A stretch of 64,000 nucleotides of DNA, taken from contig CAINOB010000123.1 of the NCBI GenBank assembly GCA_903851365.1, positions 12,573-76,572 on the forward strand, read 5' to 3'. The translations under genes were made by a program, and so were the position numbers. Source of the DNA: an uncultured Bacteroidota bacterium (GTDB taxonomy: Bacteria > Bacteroidota > Bacteroidia > Bacteroidales > UBA12481). The notes under the pieces were generated by a model. That model was given only the letters and a program-made list of their open reading frames with translations, had not been told where the DNA came from and did no database searches. This document shows, one piece after another, positions 48,740-57,551 of the stretch (position 1 is the first letter of the stretch; each line of letters begins with the position of its first letter).

Positions 48740-48912
48740 CTTAATCCAAACTTATCGTCACTTGAAAGACTCTCGATATCATTCAGCCACAAGGGATCCG
48801 TTCTTTTGTCATATTTCTCATAAACATCTTCATCCGTGACCTCAACGGTTTCTCGAGTGGTGGTTACCGTTAAGTCCGGATTTAGTTGATGGCAAATGAT
48901 ATCTATTAACAT
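48721..48912 (-). CDS. Hypothetical protein
   Basis: Small ORF after the tRNA. Confidence 0.45.
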   Translation of the reverse strand: MLIDIICHQLNPDLTVTTTRETVEVTDEDVYEKYDKRTDPLWLNDIESLSSDDKFGLRCRHAL

Positions 48913-48932
48913 GGTTTGAATTTTAAGTTTAG

Positions 48933-49004
48933 GTGCGGGTGAGAGAATCGAACTCCCATCTAAGGGTTATGAGCCCTTCGGCGTACCATTGGCACCAACC
49001 CGCA
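48933..49004 (-). tRNA. tRNA-Met(CAT), initiator-like
   Basis: TGCGGGT/ACCCGCA acceptor; AAGGG-CTCATAA-CCCTT anticodon arm; GGGAG-TTCGATT-CTCTC T arm. D-arm spacing slightly atypical; no encoded CCA. Confidence 0.8.
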
Positions 49005-49034
49005 GTGTTGCCCCGTTTCGTGGGGCAGACGAAC

Positions 49035-49778
49035 CTATTGCTCGATAATGGCAATAGCGGGGCAGATGGAACGGATAACCTCTAGTTGGTCATCTATTGC
49101 CTTATCCCTCACTTCTTCCATGGTTTGGTTAGCAGCGGGGGAAATAAGGATAAATCCAACCTCCCGGCCATTGATCTGAGCAAAGGTTTCCACCTCGAGG
49201 GTCTCAGCCTGCATTCCTTTGAAAATCGGGATCCTGAGCGTGAATGCTTTGGGTAGATTGGAGTTGACCACCTGTGAGAAGTTGTCGGTTCTATCTCCTG
49301 ATTCTTTAACAGATTTCTCAATCTTGTTATTGATAGTTCCGGAGAAGTTCATCAGGTCGGTAACCAGCTTCATGTTATCCGATGCACTCGGGAAGAAGGC
49401 TCTATTCATCTTGAAAAACATCCCGAGTTCGGTAGGAGTCCATACTTTCCCGTCATTGATGCCGAATTCTTCAAACTTCGGATGAACAGCCAGCAATCCT
49501 TTGATAGTACCTCTCTGGTACTCGTCGTTCTCATTGAACACCAATTCGATGCTGATTTTCTCCCTGTTGACCAGGATATGACACCGTTTTTGGTTGATCT
49601 GATCCGTCTGATCCATGCGTTGTTTCAGAAATTCAGTCACGGACCCGATGGTGCCAATAATAAAGATTTTTACCGGCGCCTTTACCGGAAGTTCGTTTAC
49701 ACTTGATACTTCCCGGATGATGAGTTCTGCTTTTTCGCTACCGGGTGCGAAATTGATTTGAAGTCTTTCGTTTTCCAT
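49035..49778 (-). CDS. Conserved Bacteroidota phage early protein
   Basis: 247 aa; FFKMNR.FF, LP..F...IPIFKG. Confidence 0.7.
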   Translation of the reverse strand: MENERLQINFAPGSEKAELIIREVSSVNELPVKAPVKIFIIGTIGSVTEFLKQRMDQTDQINQKRCHILVNREKISIELVFNENDEYQRGTIKGLLAVHPKFEEFGINDGKVWTPTELGMFFKMNRAFFPSASDNMKLVTDLMNFSGTINNKIEKSVKESGDRTDNFSQVVNSNLPKAFTLRIPIFKGMQAETLEVETFAQINGREVGFILISPAANQTMEEVRDKAIDDQLEVIRSICPAIAIIEQ

Positions 49779-49789
49779 TTTATTTGTAG

Positions 49790-50218
49790 TTAATCGTGTG
49801 TTCCGGTTCTGCCGATCTGGAATATGGTTCCCTGAAGTTCATCGGCATAGGCCGGTCGGCTTTCGATCAGGTCCCCATCCTCATTGTAGTAGCCCACCTC
49901 ACGGGTTTTGGAATCAATGAACTTGTAACACTTTTCAGTGACCAGTTCAGCCTTGTTTTTCAGGCCTTTTAACAATCTTTGTTTCCCTTCCCGAAGTGGT
50001 TTTAATGAATCATTAAATTCTTTTACCGTTTCTCTCTTCTCTACCTCAACATCGTTGATCTTGATCGCGGTGTCGGAGAGTTTGTCCTTCATCTCGGAAA
50101 GTTCTTCCGGGCTGAATCGTTTCATGTAATCTTTCTGTTCAACCTTGTCACAGTTGTCAGCGAGGAAGGCTACTCTGTTGGCCCCTGCTGAAATGTCCTT
50201 AGCTAGTTCTCTTTGCAT
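49790..50218 (-). CDS. Conserved Bacteroidota phage coiled-coil protein
   Basis: FL.DNCD.VE..Y; GYYN..GDLIESRPA...E.Q. Confidence 0.7.
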   Translation of the reverse strand: MQRELAKDISAGANRVAFLADNCDKVEQKDYMKRFSPEELSEMKDKLSDTAIKINDVEVEKRETVKEFNDSLKPLREGKQRLLKGLKNKAELVTEKCYKFIDSKTREVGYYNEDGDLIESRPAYADELQGTIFQIGRTGTHD

Positions 50219-50296
50219 AATGTTTTATTTTTTGAAAAATTAGTTTCGAAGAAAGGGGGCCAGCTCCCTACCCACGACCAGCCCCCATGAACACGC

Positions 50297-50983
50297 TTAT
50301 GCGTTTACCAGTTCCCTCTCAGCCAGTTGACGTTTGGCGTAGTTTATCGATTGTTCCATGTGCTCCTTCTGTCCGGGGGTCACCGTGAAATTCTGCTCAA
50401 GAACCTCAACCAAGGCGAATTCCCCTTTCTCGATCCGGGCAATGGCCTGGTTTAGTTGTTTAGTTGTCAGGTCCGGTTTACCTTCGGTTTGTTCGGGGGT
50501 CGGAGAATTTTGAACCTGAGGGACTACAATCACCTTCTTTCCCGGGGTCATTGCTGGAGTATCGAACTCATCTGGTTTATCTCCTACCGGAATGGTGAAT
50601 ATCCTTAGAAGAAGGTATTTATATGAGTAGGTTTGAGCCTTCCCTACCCCCTTATCAGATGAATCTTCTCCGGTACCCGAGGATACAGCATCGATATATT
50701 CTCCATCTTCGATGTTGAAGATTCTGTACTTGGTATCCACGGTACTAAAACGGCTCATTTTGGGGACCCCATCCTTATTGGCTGACAGGGTATCCGTGTG
50801 TTGGTGTACCTGTTCGATAGGAATAATGATCAGTCCGTTTGTGATCAGGCTGGCCCGGACGGTCCGAAATACCTTTTCATCCGATACGGCTTTGAATGCG
50901 TATGATCCGCTGCCTACCGTCGTGTCTTTCTTGAGGTAACTTACCTCTTCCATGACTTTGGAGATTTTTTGATAGATGTTCAT
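50297..50983 (-). CDS. ERF-family single-strand annealing protein
   Basis: NIYQKI..VM.EV.YL.KD; G.GED..DKG.GKA.TY..KY.LL..F.IP.GD. Confidence 0.85.
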   Translation of the reverse strand: MNIYQKISKVMEEVSYLKKDTTVGSGSYAFKAVSDEKVFRTVRASLITNGLIIIPIEQVHQHTDTLSANKDGVPKMSRFSTVDTKYRIFNIEDGEYIDAVSSGTGEDSSDKGVGKAQTYSYKYLLLRIFTIPVGDKPDEFDTPAMTPGKKVIVVPQVQNSPTPEQTEGKPDLTTKQLNQAIARIEKGEFALVEVLEQNFTVTPGQKEHMEQSINYAKRQLAERELVNA

Positions 50984-52032
50984 GACTTTAGTTCATTAAA
51001 TTGATTGCGTGCGTGTTCAATAAGAGAGTTAATACCATCAATCAGGGTCCCGAGAATGATATCTGTTTCCTTACTTAAGGCTGATGGTCTCTCGTAGATT
51101 TCAAGTTCAATGGCCCCAACAAATACATTGAATGACTCCTCGTCGAGGCTTTTGTCAATCACCAGGTCATTGGTGTTGGTTTCGGGGACCCCGGATAAAT
51201 CCTCTTCTAGAACATGAGTACCCTGTTGAAGATTCGCGGCCTCGGTTGCCTTTTCGATGATTATATCAAACGTGGGAGTTGCAATGATCTCAGCCTTCTC
51301 CTGCTCAATGTTGGCATTGGCTTCATCAATAATCCGCTGCGCTTCTTTAGCCTGAAATATCTCTTCGGATTTAAGGATGGCTATTTTAATATCATCGACA
51401 CTCAAATCCGGTGGGCATTCCGGGGACTCAAAATAGGTCCGGTACTCCTGGCGGGCAGTTTCCAGTTCTTCTGCTTCTTTCTGTTGAAGGACAGTGATTG
51501 AGTTTTGGGCCATGCTGATTAGCAGATCCCGTTCTTCCTTTATTTTCGGAAGGAACTCCTGATATACACCCTTCAGGAAAACATCCTTATTTAGGGCCTC
51601 GATGATCTCACCGAGCTTCTCAATAGTAGCATCGGTCATCCAGATCAGGTAGGTGTCCCGATATTTCTGAATCTTTTCGGTAAGGGCTAACTTCCGGTTT
51701 GTTTCCCGTAACAGTTTCTCAAGCCTTTCCTTTTCCTTCTGATCTTCGTAGCTTTTGATTTTCTCAATCAGGTCTATTTTTCGGGGCTCCAGTTGAGCGG
51801 TTAATTCTTTTGCCGTGGAATCGATCAGATTAGCAGCTTTCAATACAGGTGCCTTCAGTTCTTTTCTCCGGTCCTCGATATTGGTAATCAAGCGTTGTAT
51901 CCGGGTTCTTGCACTGCGGGCACCCTTGTTAGTTTTGGTGTCCACAATGACCAGGTTTTCGGTTTCCGAGAGAACGCTTTGGATCTCGGCGGATACCTCT
52001 GTGAGTTTTTGAATTTGCGTGTTCGGGTCCAT
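50980..52032 (-). CDS. Coiled-coil protein (DUF1351/Gam-like, recombination module)
   Basis: IEDRRKELKAPVL....ID; adjacent to ERF. Confidence 0.6.
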   Translation of the reverse strand: MDPNTQIQKLTEVSAEIQSVLSETENLVIVDTKTNKGARSARTRIQRLITNIEDRRKELKAPVLKAANLIDSTAKELTAQLEPRKIDLIEKIKSYEDQKEKERLEKLLRETNRKLALTEKIQKYRDTYLIWMTDATIEKLGEIIEALNKDVFLKGVYQEFLPKIKEERDLLISMAQNSITVLQQKEAEELETARQEYRTYFESPECPPDLSVDDIKIAILKSEEIFQAKEAQRIIDEANANIEQEKAEIIATPTFDIIIEKATEAANLQQGTHVLEEDLSGVPETNTNDLVIDKSLDEESFNVFVGAIELEIYERPSALSKETDIILGTLIDGINSLIEHARNQFNELKS

Positions 52033-52047
52033 GATTATTATGTTTTC

Positions 52048-52266
52048 TTAAGAATCTTTCAGGGAATAGTATTTTCTTTTGCCCCGGATTTTGGGTTCAA
52101 GTCCCAGGGCGATAAAGGTCCGGTGGTCTGCAATCCCCAATATTTTCATTGCCTGGGTGGCAGAATAAAGTTTCTCGGGGACCCTGGAGACTTCTTCCCT
52201 GACAACTTCGCGGATAATGTTCCGGAATTCTTCAGGGGTCATTTGGAGAGTGATAGATTCGGTCAT
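52048..52266 (-). CDS. Excisionase-like small HTH protein
   Basis: MT.EEFR.IIRE.V.EE...LYS..QAMKILGI...RGKRKYY. Confidence 0.6.
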   Translation of the reverse strand: MTESITLQMTPEEFRNIIREVVREEVSRVPEKLYSATQAMKILGIADHRTFIALGLEPKIRGKRKYYSLKDS

Positions 52267-52268
52267 GG

Positions 52269-53039
52269 TTAACAGGCGATTTTTTTGAATACTTCTCCCA
52301 GAAGGAATTTCCGGCCACTCTGGGTCCAATAGAGATGTTGGGTACTGACGGTTCTCCCCAATGCATCGGTGTGGTAGTGTGTTTTGTAGGCGGTATACCC
52401 CTTGTCTTTATAGGAGGAAAACAAGGTGTAAGTGCCATTTACCCCATAGATAATCTTCCTGCGTACCAATTCCCGGTTCAGTGAAACTGCCGACATACCT
52501 AATTCCTGAGCAATCACCGTGGTGGCAATCAATCCATCAGACTGTAGTACGGTATCGTGGTATTCAACTTTCGGGGCCTGAATCTGGAGTTGTTGGGTTT
52601 GTTCCTCCGTGCGAATACGAAGTTGTTCTTTTTCAGCACGTTCTGTTTTTAGTGCCGTTGCCAGACTGATAATGAAATCCGGGTTTAGAAGATCTTCCGG
52701 GTTAACAGCGGTTGCGCCGTGTTTTCCAAGTTCCTTCAGCCTATCATTACACCAGACCCTGAACTTAACACTCAACCATTGGGCATAATCCAGGGCAAGA
52801 TCTTCATGAAACCAGGAGCCACCATATCGACCTTCTTCGGTCAGAATTAAACTACGGGAAAATCCCGCAGTTAAACTTAACTCATTGATTAACTCAATGG
52901 TTGACGGAAGTCTTAAGTAATCATTTGGCTTTTTACCAAATTGCTTTGCCATCTCGGTGGCATTTACATAGACCACTCCGTTTTCGTTTCGGAATGATAC
53001 CGGCTGATCGTTGTACTGAAAAATCTTTAGTGTGTTCAC
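52269..53039 (-). CDS. Antirepressor, KilA-N + ANT (KilAC) domains
   Basis: VNATEMAKQFGK.PNDYLRL, G.W.HE.LALD.AQWLS; QAPKV.Y.D, IAQELGMSA..LN, YWT..GR. Confidence 0.92.
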   Translation of the reverse strand: MNTLKIFQYNDQPVSFRNENGVVYVNATEMAKQFGKKPNDYLRLPSTIELINELSLTAGFSRSLILTEEGRYGGSWFHEDLALDYAQWLSVKFRVWCNDRLKELGKHGATAVNPEDLLNPDFIISLATALKTERAEKEQLRIRTEEQTQQLQIQAPKVEYHDTVLQSDGLIATTVIAQELGMSAVSLNRELVRRKIIYGVNGTYTLFSSYKDKGYTAYKTHYHTDALGRTVSTQHLYWTQSGRKFLLGEVFKKIAC

Positions 53040-53095
53040 GATTTGCCTCCTATTTGTTAATACCTTTGATTGAAATTTGTTATGGCTTCCATGTT

Positions 53096-53599
53096 TTAGG
53101 ATAGCAAGTACTGCTCATACAGGGTCGTAAACGTCCGTCCTGCGTATTCGGCCAACGCCCTCGATTTAAAGCAAAGCCGAGAACCGACGTTCGTATACGC
53201 AGCCGAAGCCCCGACATCCGAGCGAACGATACCGAAACCCGCACCCGCCCCATCAGACGCATCACCACCAACGAAAAACCAGGGGTAATACTTGTACTCG
53301 TTCGAGTCATTCCAGTTTGGCTTCCATCCTTCGTTTAGAACTTCGGACAGGACCAACAACTGAAATTCAGCAATAAGTCTTTTGGTGTAATCACTTTTCA
53401 AGTCACAGATATGCTTATATTCCAACCTGATCGATGGTCTTATCTGCTCCATGATGGATAGCGCATCTTCGAAAGACTTCATTCGCTCCTTAATATCAAC
53501 GATGAAATAATCTTTCCCAAACTCAGACGCTAAAGCCTTTTTGACCTCCTTACTTCCGGTTTGGTGAACCTGGAGTAATTTTACTTTTTCGTTATTCAT
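53096..53599 (-). CDS. Small protein with C-terminal DGR-type variable region
   Basis: LNEGW.P.W....YKYYPWF...GSRLCFKS..LAEYAG..F..LY family; adenine-depleted segment. Confidence 0.8.
   Translation of the reverse strand: MNNEKVKLLQVHQTGSKEVKKALASEFGKDYFIVDIKERMKSFEDALSIMEQIRPSIRLEYKHICDLKSDYTKRLIAEFQLLVLSEVLNEGWKPNWNDSNEYKYYPWFFVGGDASDGAGAGFGIVRSDVGASAAYTNVGSRLCFKSRALAEYAGRTFTTLYEQYLLS
53168..53275 (-). repeat. Putative DGR variable repeat (VR) ending in an IMH-like GGTTCTCGGCTT
   Basis: 8 A in 108 nt on the coding strand; fits the GGNANNGANAGFxxxNSNNxxSNANTNIGSRL template pattern with NNY codons at every N. Confidence 0.75.
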
Positions 53600-53600
53600 G

Positions 53601-53753
53601 TTATTCGTTATTTGTGCCGGTTAGTAATCTCATTTTGGTCTGACGTTCATCCGGGAGAAGTTTCCGGGTCGAAACCAGTTCGCCTTCATTGTTATAAGCG
53701 GCCATTACGCCCTCGGGTTGATCGTTGTACTTGAAAATTTCTAAAGAGTTCAT
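53601..53753 (-). CDS. 50-aa chimeric ORF (not in the ORF track)
   Basis: MNSLEIFKYNDQPEGVMAAYNNEGELVSTRKLLPDERQTKMRLLTGTNNE; fills the gap between cro and the VR gene. Confidence 0.65.
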   Translation of the reverse strand: MNSLEIFKYNDQPEGVMAAYNNEGELVSTRKLLPDERQTKMRLLTGTNNE

Positions 53754-53755
53754 GA

Positions 53756-53971
53756 TTATTCTCCCCATACATCGGTTACACCATACTTTGCGAAAATGGT
53801 TACGATTGTTTCTGCCTCGCTAACTCTTGGCTCAACCTTTCCGTTGAGGCGTCCAAGCCAGGCAGCACGGGTTTTAATGCCGATAGCTGACATGATCTCG
53901 CGTTTGATCTTTGGGACATCCTGATGTTTTGCCTGTCCGAATCCCATTCTGAATGAGTATTTTCCGTTCAT
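53756..53971 (-). CDS. Cro-like regulator
   Basis: Likely start MNGKYSF; LNGKVEP.VSEAE.I..IF.KYG...VWG; divergent from the repressor. Confidence 0.75.
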   Translation of the reverse strand: MNGKYSFRMGFGQAKHQDVPKIKREIMSAIGIKTRAAWLGRLNGKVEPRVSEAETIVTIFAKYGVTDVWGE

Positions 53972-53976
53972 ATTAA

Positions 53977-54078
53977 TTTGGTTTATTGTTCTATTGTTTT
54001 GTACATTTGTATAGTGTGTGTAAACAGTATGCAATATTAGAACAATGTTCCGACTTGTGCAAGTTATTTCGGAACATT
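53977..54078. promoter_or_regulatory. Lysis/lysogeny switch: Bacteroidota sigma-A promoters and operator
   Basis: Rightward TTTG-N21-TACATTTG (53977-54009); leftward TTG-N20-TAATATTG (54062-54032); inverted repeat AATGTTCCGA...TCGGAACATT (54044-54078). Confidence 0.65.
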
Positions 54079-54108
54079 CTCGAAATTATTTTTTATTGAA
54101 TTGATTTA

Positions 54109-54807
54109 ATGGGAGTTAAGGAAAAAATTATTGAATTTATTGCTTACAAAGGATTGCCGATTAAGCAGTTTGAGGAAAGATGTGCCCTATCCAATGGCTA
54201 TGTCTCATCAATGCGCAAAGGATTCGGAACGGAAAAATTGGACAATGTCCTACGTGAATTCCCGGATTTAAATAGAGATTGGTTGCTTTATGGCGAAGGT
54301 GAGATGTTAAAGGATTTGGGGCCGGTGAGTGAGCTCAAGCCGAAGTTATATGCAGATCATCTTGAGGTTAAACTCGTAACCTTAACAGCCCGCGCCGGAT
54401 ATTCAGAATCTTATTATGCCGATGAGTATCTTGACAAAATGCCATCCGTCCTCATAGAATCCGATGCCGAATACCACGGTAAATACCTGGCTTTCGAGGT
54501 TGATGGGGATTCCATGGAACCGGAGTATCATACTGGAGATATTGTTATCTGCCGGGAAGTCAAACGCGACCTTTGGCGATATAAACTACATTATAATGAC
54601 TGGGATTTTGTTATTGCTCATGGAACCAAGGGCATCATGTTAAAGCAGATTATTGCCCATGATACAGAGACCGGGGAGATCGTTTGCCACTCGCTTAATC
54701 CGGATGGTCACCCGGATTTCATTTTGAACCTCGGAGAAGTTGCATACCTATACAATGTCGTTGAGCATAGAATTCCGGGGAAGAACGTCATGCGGCGAAG
54801 GGGATGA
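54109..54807 (+). CDS. CI-like repressor (HTH + S24 peptidase)
   Basis: FE..C.LSNGY, DLNRDWLLYGEGEM, A-G site (ARAGY), FEVDGDSMEP, MLKQI. Confidence 0.92.
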   Translation: MGVKEKIIEFIAYKGLPIKQFEERCALSNGYVSSMRKGFGTEKLDNVLREFPDLNRDWLLYGEGEMLKDLGPVSELKPKLYADHLEVKLVTLTARAGYSESYYADEYLDKMPSVLIESDAEYHGKYLAFEVDGDSMEPEYHTGDIVICREVKRDLWRYKLHYNDWDFVIAHGTKGIMLKQIIAHDTETGEIVCHSLNPDGHPDFILNLGEVAYLYNVVEHRIPGKNVMRRRG

Positions 54808-54883
54808 AAATTTTGATGAAACGATTATGCAAACGTTAACGGCATACGTTGAAAGTAGCGCAACAATTTTAAATTATTGAACA

Positions 54884-55273
54884 ATGAGTGAAGATAACGA
54901 TGCTTCGAAAGCGCAAAAACTCCTTCAAGAAATATTAGGGCTAGAACATATAACTGACAAAACAGAACTGAGGATTGAGATAAACAGGAAGATTGAAAAC
55001 ATGAACAAGGTTGAAATACTGGACTTAAAAATGAAATTAGGAACAAAGGCATCTGAACTTGAAGTAGGTCAAGGCTTTCAAGATAGAAAACCAAAATTGT
55101 TTTTAGTAACAATGCTAATTATGTCTGGAATGTCTGTTCTATCTTTTTGGCTTTTGTTCTCTTTTGACCTATTTATATTATGGAAAGTTGTTCTTTGGCC
55201 AAACGCAATCATTTGTGGAATTTTGGGATTGAGGACATTATACAATTTGGTTAAAGGAAAATATCGCGATTAA
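54884..55273 (+). CDS. Two-TM membrane protein (moron)
   Basis: C-terminal hydrophobic helices; AT-rich; downstream of cI. Confidence 0.65.
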   Translation: MSEDNDASKAQKLLQEILGLEHITDKTELRIEINRKIENMNKVEILDLKMKLGTKASELEVGQGFQDRKPKLFLVTMLIMSGMSVLSFWLLFSFDLFILWKVVLWPNAIICGILGLRTLYNLVKGKYRD

Positions 55274-55348
55274 TCTGGATTAGGTGTATGTCTTGTACAA
55301 TGTGGTGAAAATTGTGGACAGAAGTGTACGACTTTAAATATTATTACC

Positions 55349-56047
55349 ATGAAAGAAAAAATCGGAACCGGATTAACATACCTTCTCTATATACTACTGT
55401 CCGCAGCTTATGTTTTGGGTCTATTCCACTCATTTAAGAAGCATGGTGCCGGTGATGGATTTTTGGGAACTGTGCTTTTCCCCTATGCAATGTATCGAGG
55501 TGTAGAATCATTTTGGCATAATGATTTTGCCAAAGTTGATTGGAATAAGAGACTGCAAGCGGATATGAAAAACTGTGTATACTTTATTGATCAGTCAGTA
55601 AATCCTGGGGCTGACGTATATCAATTCAATAAAGACATAGAAGAATTTTCTTCACGGATAAGGAAATATCCCCAACTCAAGAAAAATTTCTTAATGGATG
55701 GTTGCCGAAAGTATATCGGTTTTTCGCGTGGCATTATTGAAGACATGAAGATATCCTCGGTAAGTTATTTCAAAACCGGTAGTTTTGAATTTACGAAAAG
55801 TAAACCTGTCTTAGATATAGAGGACGAATTAAGGAGAACGTTCAAAATTCAAGATGAAATAAACAATATTTGGACCTCACTGAATGAACAATTCGAAGCA
55901 GTTAAACAAATAGATATAAGCGTGTTATCAACAGATAAGATTTCGTCGAACATGGCCGAATATGAAAAAAAGGTTGACACTTATAAAACAGCCTATCTTG
56001 CCAATTCCGGAAAAGTATTCCAAACTCTATTTGGTCAGGATATTTGA
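55349..56047 (+). CDS. Membrane-anchored protein (moron)
   Basis: Two N-terminal hydrophobic helices, then a helical domain. Confidence 0.7.
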   Translation: MKEKIGTGLTYLLYILLSAAYVLGLFHSFKKHGAGDGFLGTVLFPYAMYRGVESFWHNDFAKVDWNKRLQADMKNCVYFIDQSVNPGADVYQFNKDIEEFSSRIRKYPQLKKNFLMDGCRKYIGFSRGIIEDMKISSVSYFKTGSFEFTKSKPVLDIEDELRRTFKIQDEINNIWTSLNEQFEAVKQIDISVLSTDKISSNMAEYEKKVDTYKTAYLANSGKVFQTLFGQDI

Positions 56048-56096
56048 TACCCATCTACCTATCAAATAATTTACAACCGTGGCAAGATTGCTTTAG

Positions 56097-57332
56097 TCAG
56101 GTGTTCTTAAAAAAAACATGCTCCTTCAGTGACTCCGCGATCTCCTTTTCTCCTACTTTGACATATTTCATAAATGATGCGATGGTTTTGTGTCCGGTTA
56201 ATGCCATAATACTGATAATGGGAATCCCGGCCAGGTAACAGTTCGTCGCAAAGGATCTTCTGGCGGTGTGTGAGGTAATCATTTCCCATTCCTTATATTC
56301 CCTGGTTATCCGGTTTCCCCCTTCAGTCCGGGTTTTGCTAATCACCTCCACCAAGTCTGCTTGTAAACCAATTACCTTCAAATCTTCATTCATATTTATA
56401 TTGGATTTGGGTTTCGGTAATATCCCCCGATATTTTTCGATGATATCCATAACTAGGGGATGCAAAGGAAGCGTTACCCGGCCACCGGTTTTCTTCTGGA
56501 TATACGAAAGGTACCCCTCTTTGAAATTTGCCATTGTTATTATCGAAACATCTGAATATCTAAGGCCAGTGAATGCCTGTATGATAAAAAGGTCCCTTGT
56601 TCGTTCATACCGGCCCAGAAGTTTGCATTCCGCTATTTTTTTGAGTTTATCTACGGAAAGATAGATATTCTCCACTTCCTCCTGAGGGGCCTTAAAACGT
56701 GAGGTAAACACGACTGAGGGGACCATCTCTCCCCGATCCTTAGCTTTTTGTAATACTCCTTTGATTATTTGAACAGATCCCCAGATATAATTCTTGCTGT
56801 AGGATTTGACCTTTGCAAATTTCCGGACCTGAAAATACTGGATCCAGTTCTCCAGAAACTCCATTCCGACTTTTGATACCAGGACTTTCCCATGTATCTT
56901 TTCATAGTTGCGAACATGAATTGCCAATGAATCATACATTCGGTAACTTTTATTGTCTCTGGCTTTTAGGTTGTCACTCTGTTGTTGGACGCATTCCAGA
57001 AGGGAGAGTTGGAGACCCGAGGTAATCCGTTTCCCATCGAACTGCAGAAGGAGGTTATTGAGCAAAACTATATCCGGGTCCTTCCCTTCCCTTTGCCAGG
57101 TACCCAGAATATCCGTTATCTTTGCCACCAGATTTTCAATACGTTCATTGATAGCCGCCTGATCCCTACACGGCCGCATCCGCTGAGATTTGGGGTTCCA
57201 ATCTTTTATGAGACACTTTTTACCGGCTGGGTAACGCAAGATACAATCCCGGGAGAAGATTACATAAACTTGAATGGTTCCGGATTCTTCCTGGGCAGAA
57301 GATTTTTTTAGGTACACACGGATACTGGCCAT
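56097..57332 (-). CDS. int: Tyrosine integrase (Bacteroidota Arm-SAM-catalytic type)
   Basis: Likely start MASIRV; RDLF....FTGLRYSD, QKKTG, ITSHTARRSFATN, LTGHKT...F.KYV. Confidence 0.95.
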   Translation of the reverse strand: MASIRVYLKKSSAQEESGTIQVYVIFSRDCILRYPAGKKCLIKDWNPKSQRMRPCRDQAAINERIENLVAKITDILGTWQREGKDPDIVLLNNLLLQFDGKRITSGLQLSLLECVQQQSDNLKARDNKSYRMYDSLAIHVRNYEKIHGKVLVSKVGMEFLENWIQYFQVRKFAKVKSYSKNYIWGSVQIIKGVLQKAKDRGEMVPSVVFTSRFKAPQEEVENIYLSVDKLKKIAECKLLGRYERTRDLFIIQAFTGLRYSDVSIITMANFKEGYLSYIQKKTGGRVTLPLHPLVMDIIEKYRGILPKPKSNINMNEDLKVIGLQADLVEVISKTRTEGGNRITREYKEWEMITSHTARRSFATNCYLAGIPIISIMALTGHKTIASFMKYVKVGEKEIAESLKEHVFFKNT

Positions 57333-57551
57333 TTTGTTGGGATTTGGTATAATGTTTCCCAGGATAAGAATTGGGAAACATTTTTCAAAGATAATGGTAA
57401 ACCAAATATAAGCAAATATCCAATAAATGACTGTTTTTAACTGTAATTGAATTATTGTAAACCTCATGAAATACCAGTATTTACAAAGATTTCCAGTAAT
57501 TCACTGTAGCGCCCGACGGAGTAGATGCATGAAATATGTCAAAATGGAAAA

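Larger units (their letters stand above)
1..57525. mobile_element. Temperate prophage (P22-like podovirus architecture, Bacteroidota host); left boundary outside window, right boundary approximate
   Basis: Capsid, scaffold, TerL, portal, ejection proteins, lysin, replication genes, cro/cI and tyrosine integrase in modular order. No tape-measure gene. Host-like genes start at about 57550. Confidence 0.93.

Noticed and set aside
57333-57467. N-terminal extension of the integrase
   Set aside because: AT-rich, non-conserved-looking sequence; the arm-binding domain begins at MASIRV (57332).
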